A DNA stretch of 64,000 nt, taken from assembly GCF_001194135.2 (NCBI RefSeq), contig NC_068990.1, positions 57,663,872-57,727,871 on the forward strand, read 5' to 3'. Positions 37,391-50,808 of the stretch are shown here, in pieces. A program made the translations under genes and the position numbers. This DNA comes from Octopus bimaculoides. Taxonomy: Eukaryota. The notes under the pieces were generated by a model. That model worked only from the letters and a program-made list of their open reading frames with translations. It did not search any database and was not told the DNA's origin. Every line of letters starts with the position of its first letter. Position 1 is the first letter of the stretch.

Positions 37391-37986
37391 ATGCATATAT
37401 GGGTACAGGACGTCACAAGCAGTAAACAACATGAAATGCGAAAACAAATAAGTTGAATATGCAAACAACGAGAGAAACAAATGGAAAACAGAACGAGTAA
37501 CATAAAGAACGACCCTTTATCAGTTGTCGACTGCCTATCTACTCCTCATTTCAAGCATTGAACGACAGTATGAGTCTTCAAAAGGCAGTTGCTCACCTCT
37601 CTCTTCTATCTTTTCTCTCGTCAAAGAAAATATTTCTCCAGTGTTCGTTATTTTACCTTCGTCTGGTCTAATGACCCAACATGTTTGTTTTAGTTCAGTT
37701 TCCTTGTATGTCTCCCCTCTCCTGTTTTCGTTACCAACTTTGACCCTCCATAAAATCCCAAGTTTCATTTTGGCTTTTGTGGGAGCAACTGCCTTTTGAA
37801 GACTCACATTATCGTTCAATGCTCGAAATAAGGAGCAGATAGGCAGCCGAAAACTGGTGAAGGGTCGTTCTTTATGTTACTTGTCCTATTTTCCATTTGT
37901 TTCTCTCGTTGTTTGTGTATTCAATTTATCTGTTTTCGTATTTCATGTTGTTTACTGTTTGTGACGTCCTGTACCCATATATGCAT
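37391..37986. repeat. Fold-back element: 204-bp inverted arms (37391-37594 and 37783-37986) around a 188-bp spacer
   Basis: Manual alignment gives about 19 mismatches and no indels (about 91% identity). Confidence 0.92.
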
Positions 37987-38072
37987 GTGTATATGTGTGT
38001 ATACATATATATATACACATATATATGGAAATACATATATATTTACATATATATATGAGAGTGTGTGTACCC

Positions 38073-38128
<56 letters not shown>

Positions 38129-38135
38129 GTCTGTT

Positions 38136-38169
<34 letters not shown>

Positions 38170-38589
38170 TCTATACATACATACATATATGTGTATGCAT
38201 ATAAGTAAGTATATNNNNNNNNNNNNNNNNNNNNNNNNNNNNNNNNNNNNNNNNNNNNNNNNNNNNNNNNNNNNNNNNNNNNNNNNNNNNNNNNNNNNNN
38301 NNNNNNNNNNNNNNNNNNNNNNNNNNNNNNNNNNNNNNNNNNNNNNNNNNNNNNNNNNNNNNNNNNNNNNNNNNNNNNNNNNNNNNNNNNNNNNNNNNNN
38401 NNNNNNNNNNNNNNNNNNNNNNNNNNNNNNNNNNNNNNNNNNNNNNNNNNNNNNNNNNNNNNNNNNNNNNNNNNNNNNNNNNNNNNNNNNNNNNNNNNNN
38501 NNNNNNNNNNNNNNNNNNNNNNNNNNNNNNNNNNNNNNNNNNNNNNNNNNNNNNNNNNNNNNNNNNNNNNNNNNNNNNNNNNNNNNNNN

Positions 38590-38905
38590 CGAGGACTTCT
38601 ATATCTTTTGGAGCCATTCCAATTGACTTCATAGCAGTCCTTATGCCATCCTTAAACCTTTTTTTAGGTTTATGCCGATAACGTTTCCCCTCTGCAAGCT
38701 CACCATAAAACAGCTGTTACGGCATGCGTTCATCTGCCATTCGAACAATATCGCCACACCATCTCAATTGGTTCCTCAAAATCATGGCTTTAATTGAGGG
38801 GATGCCTGCAGATGCAAGGATATCTGTGTTTGGAGTAAAATAATTCCATTTAATTCTTAAAATATGACGAAGGCATTTTTGGTGGAATTTTTCTAACATT
38901 TTAAA
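38590..38905 (-). mobile_element. RTE (BovB-like) LINE ORF C-terminal fragment
   Basis: LEKFHQKCLRHILRIKW..QLRWCGDIVRMADERMP*QLFYGELAEGKR..KPKKRFKDG. Confidence 0.85.
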
Positions 38906-38919
38906 ATGCCTTTCATAAC

Positions 38920-39690
38920 AGGTTCAAGTTTCACAGGAATACATGTATGCTCGGGCTAAATATGATTTCTTTTTGTCTCCTTTTTTCAGGAACACATTGC
39001 TTCAAGTTATAGTTGAGAAAAAGTTAACTCACATGGAGGAAAATAAACCAGCTGAATGTTGGAAAAGAGTTACCTGTATTATAATGATTCGCGCCAGATA
39101 TCAAAATGCCGACGTCATCACTTCTACCCAATGTTCTGTGAACACTGTAAAGGTTGTAAGATATGATATGAGAAGTTGCAATGGAGACTACGAAGCCGTG
39201 GCCAGCAGGCATTCTGACAGCGTCCACAAGTCAGAATTCCTCCCAACATCTTCTAACAGCACCTTAGACTCAATTCAAAAGTTTATTTGAAGCTACTAAA
39301 GGCTGTAGTCAATTCTTGTATAGAGAGGGGTTGCTGCTGGAAGGCCATATATGTGGCAGCAGGATTTGGCCTCTTGCTATACCGCTGGAAAGATTTAAAA
39401 GTGGTTGTCGGAGAATTTCTAAGACTTCACCTGTTCTAATTTCTGTCCTCCTAATTCCTTCGATTGTAATCCCATAGGTTACTATGTGTGGGGAGAGGTT
39501 GAGAACAACACCAACCACTCTGTCTGCTACACTAAGGCCGAGGTGGTGCGCAATATTAAGGGACTACTCGAGGCCAGATTTCCAGATTTTTCCAGGGACA
39601 CCATGAAGTACGCATGCGCCAAGTTTTGGAGCTGTCCTTGGTGGAAGCTGGGGAACTGTTATCTCCCAGCCATAATCTAGCTGATATTTT
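38920..39690 (+). mobile_element. maT/DD37D-like Tc1-mariner transposase remnant, internally deleted
   Basis: N-terminal IMIRARYQN..QCSVNTVKVVR..GDYEAVA and C-terminal GRPYMWQQDLASCYTA..PPNSFDCNPIGYYVWGEVE. Confidence 0.7.
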
Positions 39691-40514
39691 TTTTTTAAAT
39701 TAAAAAAAAAATTTGGATGGAATATTTTTTTCTTTTCTTTTTATGCAAACTGTCAAATTTATCCNNNNNNNNNNNNNNNNNNNNNNNNNNNNNNNNNNNN
39801 NNNNNNNNNNNNNNNNNNNNNNNNNNNNNNNNNNNNNNNNNNNNNNNNNNNNNNNNNNNNNNNNNNNNNNNNNNNNNNNNNNNNNNNNNNNNNNNNNNNN
39901 NNNNNNNNNNNNNNNNNNNTATATATATATATATATATGCATGTATGTGTGTGTGTGTGTGTGTGTCTGTGTCTGTGTGATGCTCAAACTTTTATTTTCT
40001 CGTTTCTGGTTGCCACGAATCATACCTTAGTTTTGTTCTCCGTTACATGTAGAAAAACTGCAATCCCTTTTCAGTCTTTCAGGTTGACCGAGATTTTCTT
40101 GGTCTGCCTCTTTTTTGGTGCACTTAAACTATGCTCTAGAGAATTTTATTTATGTATAGTACAGTATTCTTACTCTTATTCATATTTCATTCTAGAGTGT
40201 TCCAGCGACTAGAATAGTTCACTTTCCTCTTAGTTTTAGGAGAGAAGGAGTAATCATTATTTATTGTTCACTATAAAGTGCTTATTGGAGCTGAAGTAAA
40301 TTTTTCTCCTATCATCAATAACACTTGTCAGCCTAATACATAAAAAGAATGTTGAAATCCAGTTGAAGTTAGCTATCGTACTTACATTGTTGTTTCTTTC
40401 CCACATCGTCTATAAGACGCAGCTTTCGGTATATATATATATAACTCATCGGTATAGTTCATTAGTGAACTTAAATCAAAGTTTTTCATGGTTATTATAA
40501 ATCATCAATGTTAG

Positions 40515-40672
40515 TTACAGGCGTGGCTGTGTGGTAAGAAGTTTGCTTGGAAAGCGCATGGTTCCGGATTCTGTCCCACTGCGTAGCACATTGGGAAAGT
40601 GCCTTTTGCTATAGACTCGGGCCAACCAAAGCCTTCCGAGTGGACTTGTCAGACGGAAAGTGAAAGAAATCG
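40515..40672 (+). mobile_element. SINE family B 5' half
   Basis: AGGCGTGGCTGTGTGGTAAG..CCCACTGCGTAGCAC..GACGGAAAGTGAAAGAA. Confidence 0.8.
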
Positions 40673-40687
40673 CACGCGCGCGTGTGC

Positions 40688-40723
<36 letters not shown>

Positions 40724-41326
40724 CAAGCTAAAGTAGCTGGTTTTAAAATCTCTGAAAAAGATTCAAGTAGTAACGATATTAATTAATGATACTAGTAACG
40801 ATACTAAATAATGATGTTTGTTGCCGCTTCTGTGTGGCTGTTCTCCACACTGGTCATGCTGTACAGTCTGCTCTAGCATCTTCCCCACGTTGAGGTTTTA
40901 CTTCATTGAGCTGATACATAAACCAAGGCATTTAAAAAAATTTACTACCCTAGTGTACAAAGCGTTTAGCCAAAATGCAACCCTTGTACGCTTCACTCTG
41001 CTTAAAAGCTCTTGCATTTTCTCCAGGCGCTAAGATAGCAGCTGATGTCATACGCATACTCCAGAACGGTTTATACTACTACAGGGATACATCTAGACAT
41101 CTTACCTATAAGCATAAAGCTAGTTTCCTGCTCCCATCCATCGAAGGATTCAGTGGGTAGACGTAAATTATAATAAAGAGGAAAAGGCGCGAGATTGTTT
41201 TCTCCTTTCCTCTTCAGCATAGTTCTTCCAAAGTATATCATTTGAAAGAATTTGAAACTAAGTTCAAGTTTTAAAGTTTTACATAACTTTGAGAAAGTCA
41301 TCTTTGACTTAAATTCGTTAATACTA

Positions 41327-41566
41327 TAGAATAATCTTCGCCATATCGCGGTTCACCTATCGCGGTTCTCCTATCGCAGTTTATTATTTAAGCTGACGTC
41401 GATTCCTCTGTAGGGTTGCTCTGCATTTATAATAAAATAGATATATACAAATTATAAAAATAATCATAAAAAGATTATACAGTAAAGTACTGTTTCTACT
41501 TCGCGGATTTTCACCTATCGCGGAGGATTTTGGAACGTAACACCCACAATAATCGTCGGATTACTA
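41327..41566. mobile_element. Second copy of the pogo-type MITE
   Basis: Colinear with 16008-16221 (CGCCATATCGCGGTTCACCTAT..TTTCTACTTCGCGGATTTTCACCTATC..GGATTACTA). Confidence 0.85.
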
Positions 41567-41582
41567 TATTGTCAACAAATAA

Positions 41583-41797
41583 GACAGCGAGCTGGCAGAA
41601 TCATTAGTACATCCGTCAAAATGCTTAGCAGCATTTCATTCGCCTCGAGGTTCTAAGTACAAATTCCGCCGAAGTCGATTTTTGTCTTTCACCCTTTCGC
41701 GGTTGATGAAATAATTATTACCAGTTGAGCGCTGGCGTCGAGGTAATCAACTTACCCCCTCCTCCCGAAATTTCTGGCCTTGTCGTCAAAATTTGAA
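41583..41797 (+). mobile_element. SINE family A copy
   Basis: GCGAGCTGGCAGAATCATTAG..CCCTTTCGCGGTTGATGAAAT..GGCCTTGT. Confidence 0.8.
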
Positions 41798-42889
41798 AGC
41801 AATATATTGTGTGGGTGGTACCAATGGGACACGAAGATGTCAAAATGTGTGTCTGTAAATTATTGAACTTTAACTAGATTTTAGTATTTACCTTATACTT
41901 TATATCCAAGACTCATGCTTTCGTTCTTTGCTTGTCTTTGAGCAAGCAAAATAAAAAAAACAAAAACAAAAAGAGAACGACTCTATAAGAGAAAAAGTAG
42001 TAAAAGATGTGGAAAATACATGACATAGGAATGATATAAACAACACTATATAAATAATAGGAAAAAGTCAGACTTCATTTTGAATCAGGAATTAAGTGTA
42101 CGAAAATGTTCTTCACCATTTCCTACAATAAACAACCTTTGGTTATTTATTGTCGGATACGGGATCAGGTTAGTGGCAGAATAATTCTAGTGCATAAATC
42201 ACTTTTTCTCTTCTGCTCTGTCTGTCTCTCCCCTCCCCTCTCTCTTTCTCTAGCTCTTTCTCTCTCTCTGTTAGTCACACATACGCATAATGGTAGGTAC
42301 ATATATAAAGAGGCGAGCAAACGCAAACAGATAGACAGATTACAGAAAACTGTTGTGTGATGCATAGACAGACATACAAACGGTAAGGTTGGAAAATAAG
42401 TGTAAATGTGAACTTCTATGAAAATGTCAGTTGGGTTTTAAAATAAATATAATTGTTGAATAAATGAAATTGTGACACGCTATGTGCGGAAATCAGAAAG
42501 TTAATAATATGTCATAATACAAATCTATGACATATAGAAAATATTTTTGCTGAAGTAGTGCAAATAACAAAGTTCGAATGTGCTATTAGGAAAAATAAGT
42601 TTGCGGAAGTAAAACGCAAGTTACTGAGCCTGGTGAGCTTGTTGTTGACTTTGTCGTTATTGTTATCTCCTGCTTAACGCCATTGAATGTATCTCTGAAT
42701 GATTAACTTCCAGGCTTCTCGGTACTTATAGGATTTTCTTGTAAAAGGCAAAATATAAAAAATACTGCGCTACAGAAGCTGTCTTATTTATGTTACTACT
42801 GAGTTAAAAGTTATTTAGTTCACTGTTTTCAGCCACTGCTCAATAATTTTATATTCCAGTTTCGTTGCAGCATAGAACATGGTAAAAAA

Positions 42890-43126
42890 AGGTGAAGTTA
42901 CTTTCTCGAGTCATGCCGACTCAAAAAGGTTGATGCCCCGGCGTACAAATTCTCTACCTGGATGGGACGCCGTTTTGTCATGGGTTTATCATTTTTTCCA
43001 GCTGAGTGAACTGGAGCAACGTGAAATGAAGTGTTTTTCTCAAAAATTCAACGCGTTACTCGGTTCAGGAAACGAAACTACAGTCTTACGAGTCCAGCAC
43101 CCTTACCACTAAGCCACGCGCCTCCA
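42890..43126 (-). mobile_element. tRNA-derived SINE family D, diverged
   Basis: Sense head TGGAGGCGCGTGGCTTAGTGGTAAGGGTGCTGGACTCG..; body ..CACTTCATTTCACGTTGCTCCAGTTCACTCAGCTGG. Confidence 0.7.
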
Positions 43127-43255
43127 CAGAATATAGTAGCGAATTATATACTCTCTTAACGCAGAGCAGTATCGGTGACACGATACGAGCTATCCATTGA
43201 AAGCCAGGCCATTAAATTCTCGGCTTAGCTAGGTGTAATGTTGTGTAACATTGTA

Positions 43256-43452
43256 AATTTCAGATTTTGGTACAAGACCAGTAATTTTAGGGGAAGAGAA
43301 ATCGATTACATAGGTCCCAATACTTGACTGATACTTATTCATCGATCTCCAAAGAATGAAAAGCAAAGTCAACCTTGGTGGAATTTAAACAGTACGTAAA
43401 CAGTCGGAAGAAATGCCGTTAAACATTTTGCCCGATGTGCAAACGATTCTGC
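43256..43452 (-). mobile_element. SINE family A copy, diverged
   Basis: Reverse complement of the family A body and head. Confidence 0.75.
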
Positions 43453-44575
43453 AACATAATTCTTTCTACTACAGGCACAAGGCCCGAAATCTTGGGGAAG
43501 GGAGCTTAACGATTACATGCGTGTGATTAACTGTTAGACTAATGCTTTCAATTTAATTTACTAGTGATTTGATACACATTATATACTTTAGTCTCTGGTT
43601 TTTCTGTTACCGCAAACTCAGCAAGTTTTTTTCTAAATGTGCTCCTATGTATCAAAAGAATAACAGTGAAAGGTGTGGATATGGCTGAATAGTTAAGAAA
43701 ATTTGCTTCGGAATCATGAAGTCCAGTGATTGATACACTTTTCGTCATATTGGGAAACTGCCTTCTAATAAACTTACAAATCGATCCGAAAATTGTGTGT
43801 AAAACTGGGTTGACGGAAATTGCGTGAAAGGGTAGACGGTAACAGCAACTCAAAAACTTAAAGCTTTTCACGCTACATTTATTTGTGCATTAGGTAAATA
43901 ATTCAAGTGTATGTTTAACAGTCATCCACTTAAAATATAATCAAATAAGTAATTCCATAATTGGAACAACAGAACTACTCATTGCAAAACCCTCAGATTA
44001 TTCATTTACATTTTCCCATTTTGTTCACGAACGTATATCCTTCAAATTTCCTTTCATTGGAACAAGTAGGTAACTGCTTTGTCTTCAGTCGCAAACGTCT
44101 TCCATAGGACAAACACCTATTATAGCGATGTAATATCTAGAACTGGTTTCAATTAGAAGTTAGTTTACATTGAAAACACTCTGCTTAAATTACACAATAA
44201 GAGCACCATATGTATTCCGTACTTCAATGGGTTGCGAACCTGCAGATTTTGAATAACTGAATATTGATATCGACGTGGGCGAAATCCCTCAATTGGATAT
44301 CAAGTATTTTAGGTGTCGTAATCGAAGAAAGCATCTGCTGAATAGTTTTTAGACGCCCAAAAATCTCAGGTCAATTGGCGCAAACTTTCAGCCATCGGAT
44401 TTGACCAACTACTCAAAAAAGATACAGGTTTAAGATCACAGGTTTGAACTTGGTAGACTTTATCATGTCACAGCAAGCCAACCAATTTCGACCTACAATA
44501 TTTTCGATCTACAGTTATCAATAAGATAGTGGTGCTATGTGGACATAGCATAATTTATCTTCATTCAGGAAATAT

Positions 44576-44772
44576 TGGTTTCAAATTTTGGCACAAAGCC
44601 AGCAATTCCGAGGAGAGGACAAGTCGATTATATCGATGGTTCAACTGGTACTTATTTTGTCGACCACGAAAGAATGAAAGGCAAAGTCGATCTCGGCGGA
44701 ATTTGAAATCAGAACGTAAAGTTGGACGAAATGGTTCTAAACATTGTGCTAACAATTCTGCCAGCTTGCTGC
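44576..44772 (-). mobile_element. SINE family A copy
   Basis: GGCACAAAGCCAGC..CTGGTACTTATTTTGTCGACC..GGCAAAGTCGATCTCGGCGGAATTTGAA..TCTGCCAGCTTGC. Confidence 0.85.
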
Positions 44773-44876
44773 CTTCATTCGGGAAATATTAACTCCTAAA
44801 TCACAGCTGTTCATAGGTTTCTGAAAATTACGAAACAATAGAGTAAATTACTAACTCTTAACTAGCACATACATGG

Positions 44877-44948
<72 letters not shown>

Positions 44949-46559
44949 TCGGTGCTGGCATTGTCTTGAAGATTTATTCTAGTTGCCACACTTGGCTTGT
45001 GAGAAGACTTGAGTTCATTTTCTTTTTGTTGGGTAACCTAGACAGAATTTTAAAACAGAATGTAAAGAACTACCCTTACGCACCAAAAGCTCTGCCAGCC
45101 CATTTCCATTGGCAGGTTCTTAATTAATCGAACTCTAAACAATTAAAGGCAAAGTAGATGTTAACTGAGAATTCAGAATACAGGAATGAAACCATTCCTC
45201 TGTGAATTGTTCATGTAATGAAATTTGTACGCTAAGGTCTTTGCTGCAAATAAATTTATATAAAACCAAGATATTATGGCTAAGTAATCCTTCATCTCTT
45301 CCATTGTTTTATTTTACTTTTTGTTTTACTTTTCTTATTTTCTTTATCCATGAGCTTAAATAGTGTTGGTAAAAGCCGGCTACAGGCACACACGCGCACA
45401 CATTACTACAGGAATAACGCCGTATCAGTAGTTTTCCAATTAAATGGTTCAGATTTTTACAATGATCTTAACTGAATGGATTTTCTTTAGCCAGTGAAAA
45501 TTCTCCCAGTTTCTTGATTCAACATCTTTCCTTTTGATACTTTTATATGATGCTGTTTTCTTATATTTGTTTGCTGCTGGCTGTAATGAAAGCCATCCCC
45601 GGAGAAGATCGAATGACACGTGACTAGAAGGCGCAAACAAGTTGTCAACGTATTGAATTCAGAAAAGAAACTAATGAAGTCTAAAGAATTTTTGCGTGGA
45701 TATACAAAAGAAAAAAGACTATAGAAAGTAACTATTCTCACAAATTACTCTTATTTACTTAATGTAAATACTAAATTGAAAGCACCATCAGATGAAGAAT
45801 CCATATTTTTATTGAGAGTCACGAATATGAGGTGATTTTATGTGGGGCAAATGAAAAACATCCATCGGTGCATATAGAACATATAATATGGCGTTGCATT
45901 CGTTCATTAACTCTGCTGGAATTTTTTTTCTTTCTTTTCTTTTCATTCCAAACATTGCTACTGTTGTATAGAAGAAAAGTTAGTTACACATGGATTACTC
46001 TGTAATAGAAATAATAAAAATATAGTGAATCAAAGTTTGAAAGGATAATTTTGAGATTTAATATGTAAAATAATGAAACAAACTACATTAAAGGTAATAG
46101 AAAAATGAGAAAATTGTTATAAATGATCTCATAAAATATTTATAGCCTTATCCGTCTGATAGATGATTTAATACTATTTTCGTCACTATACACTCTAACG
46201 GAGGCATGCATATATATTATGAGCAATTGTGAATGAGAATTTACATTCTCCTAAACATATGTGAAGCATATTCACTTCCTTGACTTTTGATAAGCTTGGA
46301 AGAAATGCAAGTTATGTGTATTTTTCATGTAAATAATGAAGAGGTTTTGACCAGAAATTGAAATAAATTACTTCGAATACGCTGTTGGGTTAGGGTTGAA
46401 AGGAGTTTACTGTCCATTGAATAGTAGTCATCAGGCAGAGAGTATAAACATACGCACACATACATATACATATGTATGTATATGTGTAAGTTCGCGCGTA
46501 TGTATGACTGTTTGTACGTACATACTTCCGCGATAGTGTAGCCAAGTATGTGAACACGT

Positions 46560-46765
46560 GGACTGCCGCAGTCGTTGATGGTAATGGTATCAGAGTGCTC
46601 AACGCCTTGGCTCAGTACTGATTGTGAAGACGAAGTCTTGACAGGCTCTTGTGAGATTGTTCATAAGGCGGGGGCAGTTTCTCCTCCAAGTGTGTTGCCA
46701 GTGTCGTGGCATTTGTAAACTGCACGTCTTTGATGAGTATTTCGCGTGCTTTGGTTTTCAGCCAT
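46560..46765 (-). mobile_element. RTE LINE RT-core fragment
   Basis: KTKAREILIKDVQFTNATTLATHLEEK..LMNNLTRACQDFVFTIS (degenerate LFADDAAL..FGLTIS motif). Confidence 0.7.
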
Positions 46766-46775
46766 ACACTTTACT

Positions 46776-46970
46776 CTTTTACTTGCTTCAGTCTTTTGAG
46801 TGTGGCCATGCTGGAGCACCGCCTTTAGTCGAGCAAATCGACCCCAAGGCTTATTCTTTGGAAGCCTAGTACTTATTATATCGGTCTCTTTTGCCGAACC
46901 GCTAAGTTACGAGGACGTAAACACACCAGCATCGGTTGCCAAGCGATGTTGGGGGACAACCACACACACA

Positions 46971-47004
<34 letters not shown>

Positions 47005-47100
47005 NNNNNNNNNNNNNNNNNNNNNNNNNNNNNNNNNNNNNNNNNNNNNNNNNNNNNNNNNNNNNNNNNNNNNNNNNNNNNNNNNNNNNNNNNNNNNNNN

Positions 47101-47138
<38 letters not shown>

Positions 47139-47294
47139 GACGGGCTTCTTTCAGTTTCCGTCTACCAAATCCACTCACAAGGCTTTGGTCGGCCCGAGGC
47201 TATAGTAGAAGACACTTGCCCAAGATGCCACGCAGTGGGACTGAACCCGGAACCATGTTGTTGGTAAGCAAGCTACTTACCACACAGCCACTCA
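46776..47294 (-). mobile_element. SINE family B, full length; linker spans gap 47005-47100
   Basis: Colinear with 9031-9429. Confidence 0.9.
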
Positions 47295-48369
47295 TATGCC
47301 TATAATTGAAAAAGGATAAATACTTACCTGTCTAATCTGGTATAAAGATAAACACGCAATGATCAGCGTGACAGCGAAGAAAATACCGGACTGGATAGAT
47401 GAAGCACGCAGAACCTCTTTCATTTCATGACAGTTGCTGAGGGCTTCCGAAAAGCGAAACATTAAAACTAAATGACATTCTTAATACCTGTATGAAAGGA
47501 TTGAACAATCCTGAACATTCCTCCAGTGTCTGATATCTATAGACATATTGGAAGAACAGCCGCAAATCTAGATCGGCAAAAATGGGAGTCTGGGAAAACA
47601 CTTAGCTAAAGTTGCAATTTTCAGTGCATGAGTCCTCAGCACACAGTTTTTCAACAGTGAGTCCTGAACTGAAGCATCACCTCCAAGCAAGAACGGCGTT
47701 TCAACACCTTCCGGCTATGCAATCTAAAATGGATCCTGGATATTAAATGAATTGACCGAGTATAAATTGTAATAATGGTTGTATTACATTCATCTCATAG
47801 AAATTAGTTACACAGAGGGAGTAAAGTGAGACACATGTTAGCATATACAGCATAATGCCTAATATAATGCAAAACCTGTGTGCATTAGAAAATTGAATGT
47901 TTATTTGAGAGCAGTTGTGTGTGAGTGTGAGAGAAGGAGATGGGGAGAGAGAGAAAGTGAGTGGAAGATGAGTGCATATGAGTTTGTGTGTGTGTACAAT
48001 GCAGGATTTTCTTTTATATCCATGCATATAACCAAAGATACATACATACAGATACACAACTATATATACATGTACAGATACTCATACGTATGTATGCTTC
48101 TATTTATCTATCTATCTTTATCTTTTATCTGTTTTAATTATTTCAATCATTAGACTGAAACCATGTTGTGACATCGCATTGAAGAATTTTTAGTCGAATG
48201 GATTGACCCAGTAATCATTTTTTACTATTGTTTAGACAGGTACTTATTCTATCGGTCTTTGTTACCGAACAGCTAAGTTACGGGGATGTAAACACATCAG
48301 CACCTCAAACGTGTTGTTCATCCGATCGCGCTGAAGTTTTAAACATGGATACATGAGAGAGAGTAATCT

Positions 48370-48810
48370 AAAAAGATTTTCAAAATGATTAGTTTTAAAG
48401 TGAGAATCGCTATTGTTGTAATCTTTTTGTCCTGTCTGTTTCTGCACATCCTCTGATAACTCGCGGATGGTGATTCGATGATCTTTCCTTCACAGCTGCA
48501 CGCGCATCTGCGATGTTTTTCTCAGTTCTTCTGCTTGCAGGTCTCCCAGAACATTCGTTAATATCGACATTTTTCAGCAATCTTGGAAACGTCTGAACCA
48601 CTTGTACACTTGTGTGTGGCTCATACACTCCTCTTCCTACGCTTTTTGCAACATTGCATAGGCCACTGAGCAGGTATCATCATGACAACCTCGAGCTAGA
48701 AAGTGAAAAGTTAGTGCGTATGCACAACTGAGTTGAAAGTCAATCTGTGTACAGTGGCTTTAGTTTGCGTGCTTTAGCTTCATTAATATGGCACCAGTCC
48801 GGATACGTAT
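48370..48810 (-). mobile_element. Mariner transposase N-terminal (HTH) remnant
   Basis: YAMLQKA*EEECMSHTQVYKWFRRF..DHRITIRELSEDVQ. Confidence 0.8.
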
Positions 48811-49756
48811 TGATAATATTTCCTTATTAGTCCATTATATTTATTTAGGGACAATAATGTTCCAGAGTCCATTCACCGTTTCAAGATTTTCTCAGTTTCA
48901 TAGTTTGACCATATGCATAATGCTATAATATATAAAATCATCATCACCCTATTAATAATTTTTAAAAGTTTAGGTGATCATTAAAATTATTTTTTGCAGT
49001 TGCTTGAGTGAATGGGCAGAAAAGAAAACGCAACCAGTGCACTGCTGAGTTTACTCATACGCTCTAGTGTTTTGAATACTTGTTGGAACAACCTCTATTT
49101 GAAAGCCAAAGTCTACAACTTAGAAATTTGCCGTGAGATTAACCCCAAATACATTACACTCTTAAAAGCTCAAAGTGGGACAGATAAATGTATTATCCTT
49201 GAAATATTGATGGCAATGATGATACACAGAAACAATGCATACATGTAATGACGAGCGAGATCGTAGCCTTTCCAGGGCGAGAATATTAGAAGTGGTTTGG
49301 ATCTTATGACACCACTATATCATTCTGTATTATGATATCCGACGGGAGTTCGTTGAATAAAGAGTAACGATTCAGAGGCAAGCAAAAATCTGTACTCAGT
49401 GTTATCATCGACAATTGAAGTTACATCTGCAGGAAGAAAGATAACTTCGTAAGAAAAGGTACCATTTAAATATCATCAGTGGACTCACATCCACATGTTT
49501 TTTTTATAATTTAGTAGCTATTAGGCTTTGACAACCTATTGCTGATAGAAGAGAGGAAACAGCACTTCAGTGATCGGAAAATTTACCAAAAGCTGAAGTC
49601 TCATTTCTTGAGCGAGAAATCCACTGTTGATTTTCTTGTTGTTTACTAATTGCTTGGAAGTTCCATTAAAGGTAGGTGTCAACTCCGCGATGAAATTGTT
49701 ACAGAAAGTATATTCTGTACACAGATACACACAGACATAACAACACGCACGCACAC

Positions 49757-49761
<5 letters not shown>

Positions 49762-49832
<71 letters not shown>
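49762..49832. repeat. (CA)n microsatellite
   Basis: Direct reading. Confidence 0.98.
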
Positions 49833-49833
<1 letters not shown>

Positions 49834-50652
49834 GATATAGAGAGTGTAAATGTACAAATGCGCGAGCGCGTGTATGTAATGTTTACCTGCAGAAAGTTTA
49901 AGCACAATAATGCAGTCTTGTTTATATGCATTAAGCAGAGAAATATTGAAAATAAAATAAATTTCAAATGAGTGTAACGTATAAGTTAGCAGATGTACAA
50001 TTTTTTGATATCGGGCAATCTCAGCTTTTGTTTCAAAAACACAACGAACAGAATTTAGGCGGAACATTTAAGTTATTTCCTTACCAAGTCACCTTTCAAT
50101 TTCAATTTTTATTGTCTATCATATTTGAAGCTAATATACTAATTACTTAAAACCGTTGTTCATAAAAAAGTTTGTTCTTAAAGAAACCGTTATCACTCGA
50201 CTATCTGAATAATTCTCATTCAACCTGGATTTCTCATATGTAATATTTAGAAATAGAGATATAAAATATTCATATGTCTCCTCCTGTATGTATTCGCTTG
50301 TATATCTATGCATCGAATATGAAATAATAATTTGATAACTCATTTACAATATGGATGAGATTTTAATAATAGCATGACAATCAAGTTCCGAATCGTTAAT
50401 TATTAATTTTCATATGGAGCACACAAATAGTCTAATGTTTTATACATTAAGCATAAAAAAGAGGAAACGCTGCCCGAAGGTATTCCATACATAAAGCCGA
50501 CACTAAAAGGAAAATATTACAGAGCTCTTAAGAAGCCATTCTCAGCAGAAGGAACCTATGTTTAACCGGACATTAGAAATATGCTTGACGTAATAAAATT
50601 TGTGTTCACTGTTATAAAGAGTTTGCGTAAGAAAAGCAAGAGTGCGGGTGCG

Positions 50653-50673
50653 TGAGAGGGAAGAGAGGGAGAA

Positions 50674-50770
<97 letters not shown>

Positions 50771-50808
50771 AAGAGAGAGAGAGAAAGAGAGAGAGAGAAA
50801 GAGAGAGG
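50653..50808. repeat. (GA)n purine tract with GAAA interruptions
   Basis: Direct reading. Confidence 0.97.

Noticed and set aside
37790-37870. Hammerhead inside the fold-back arms
   Set aside because: GAAA and CTG(A/G)TGA are present, but no stem II, III or I arrangement consistent with type I, II or III could be built.
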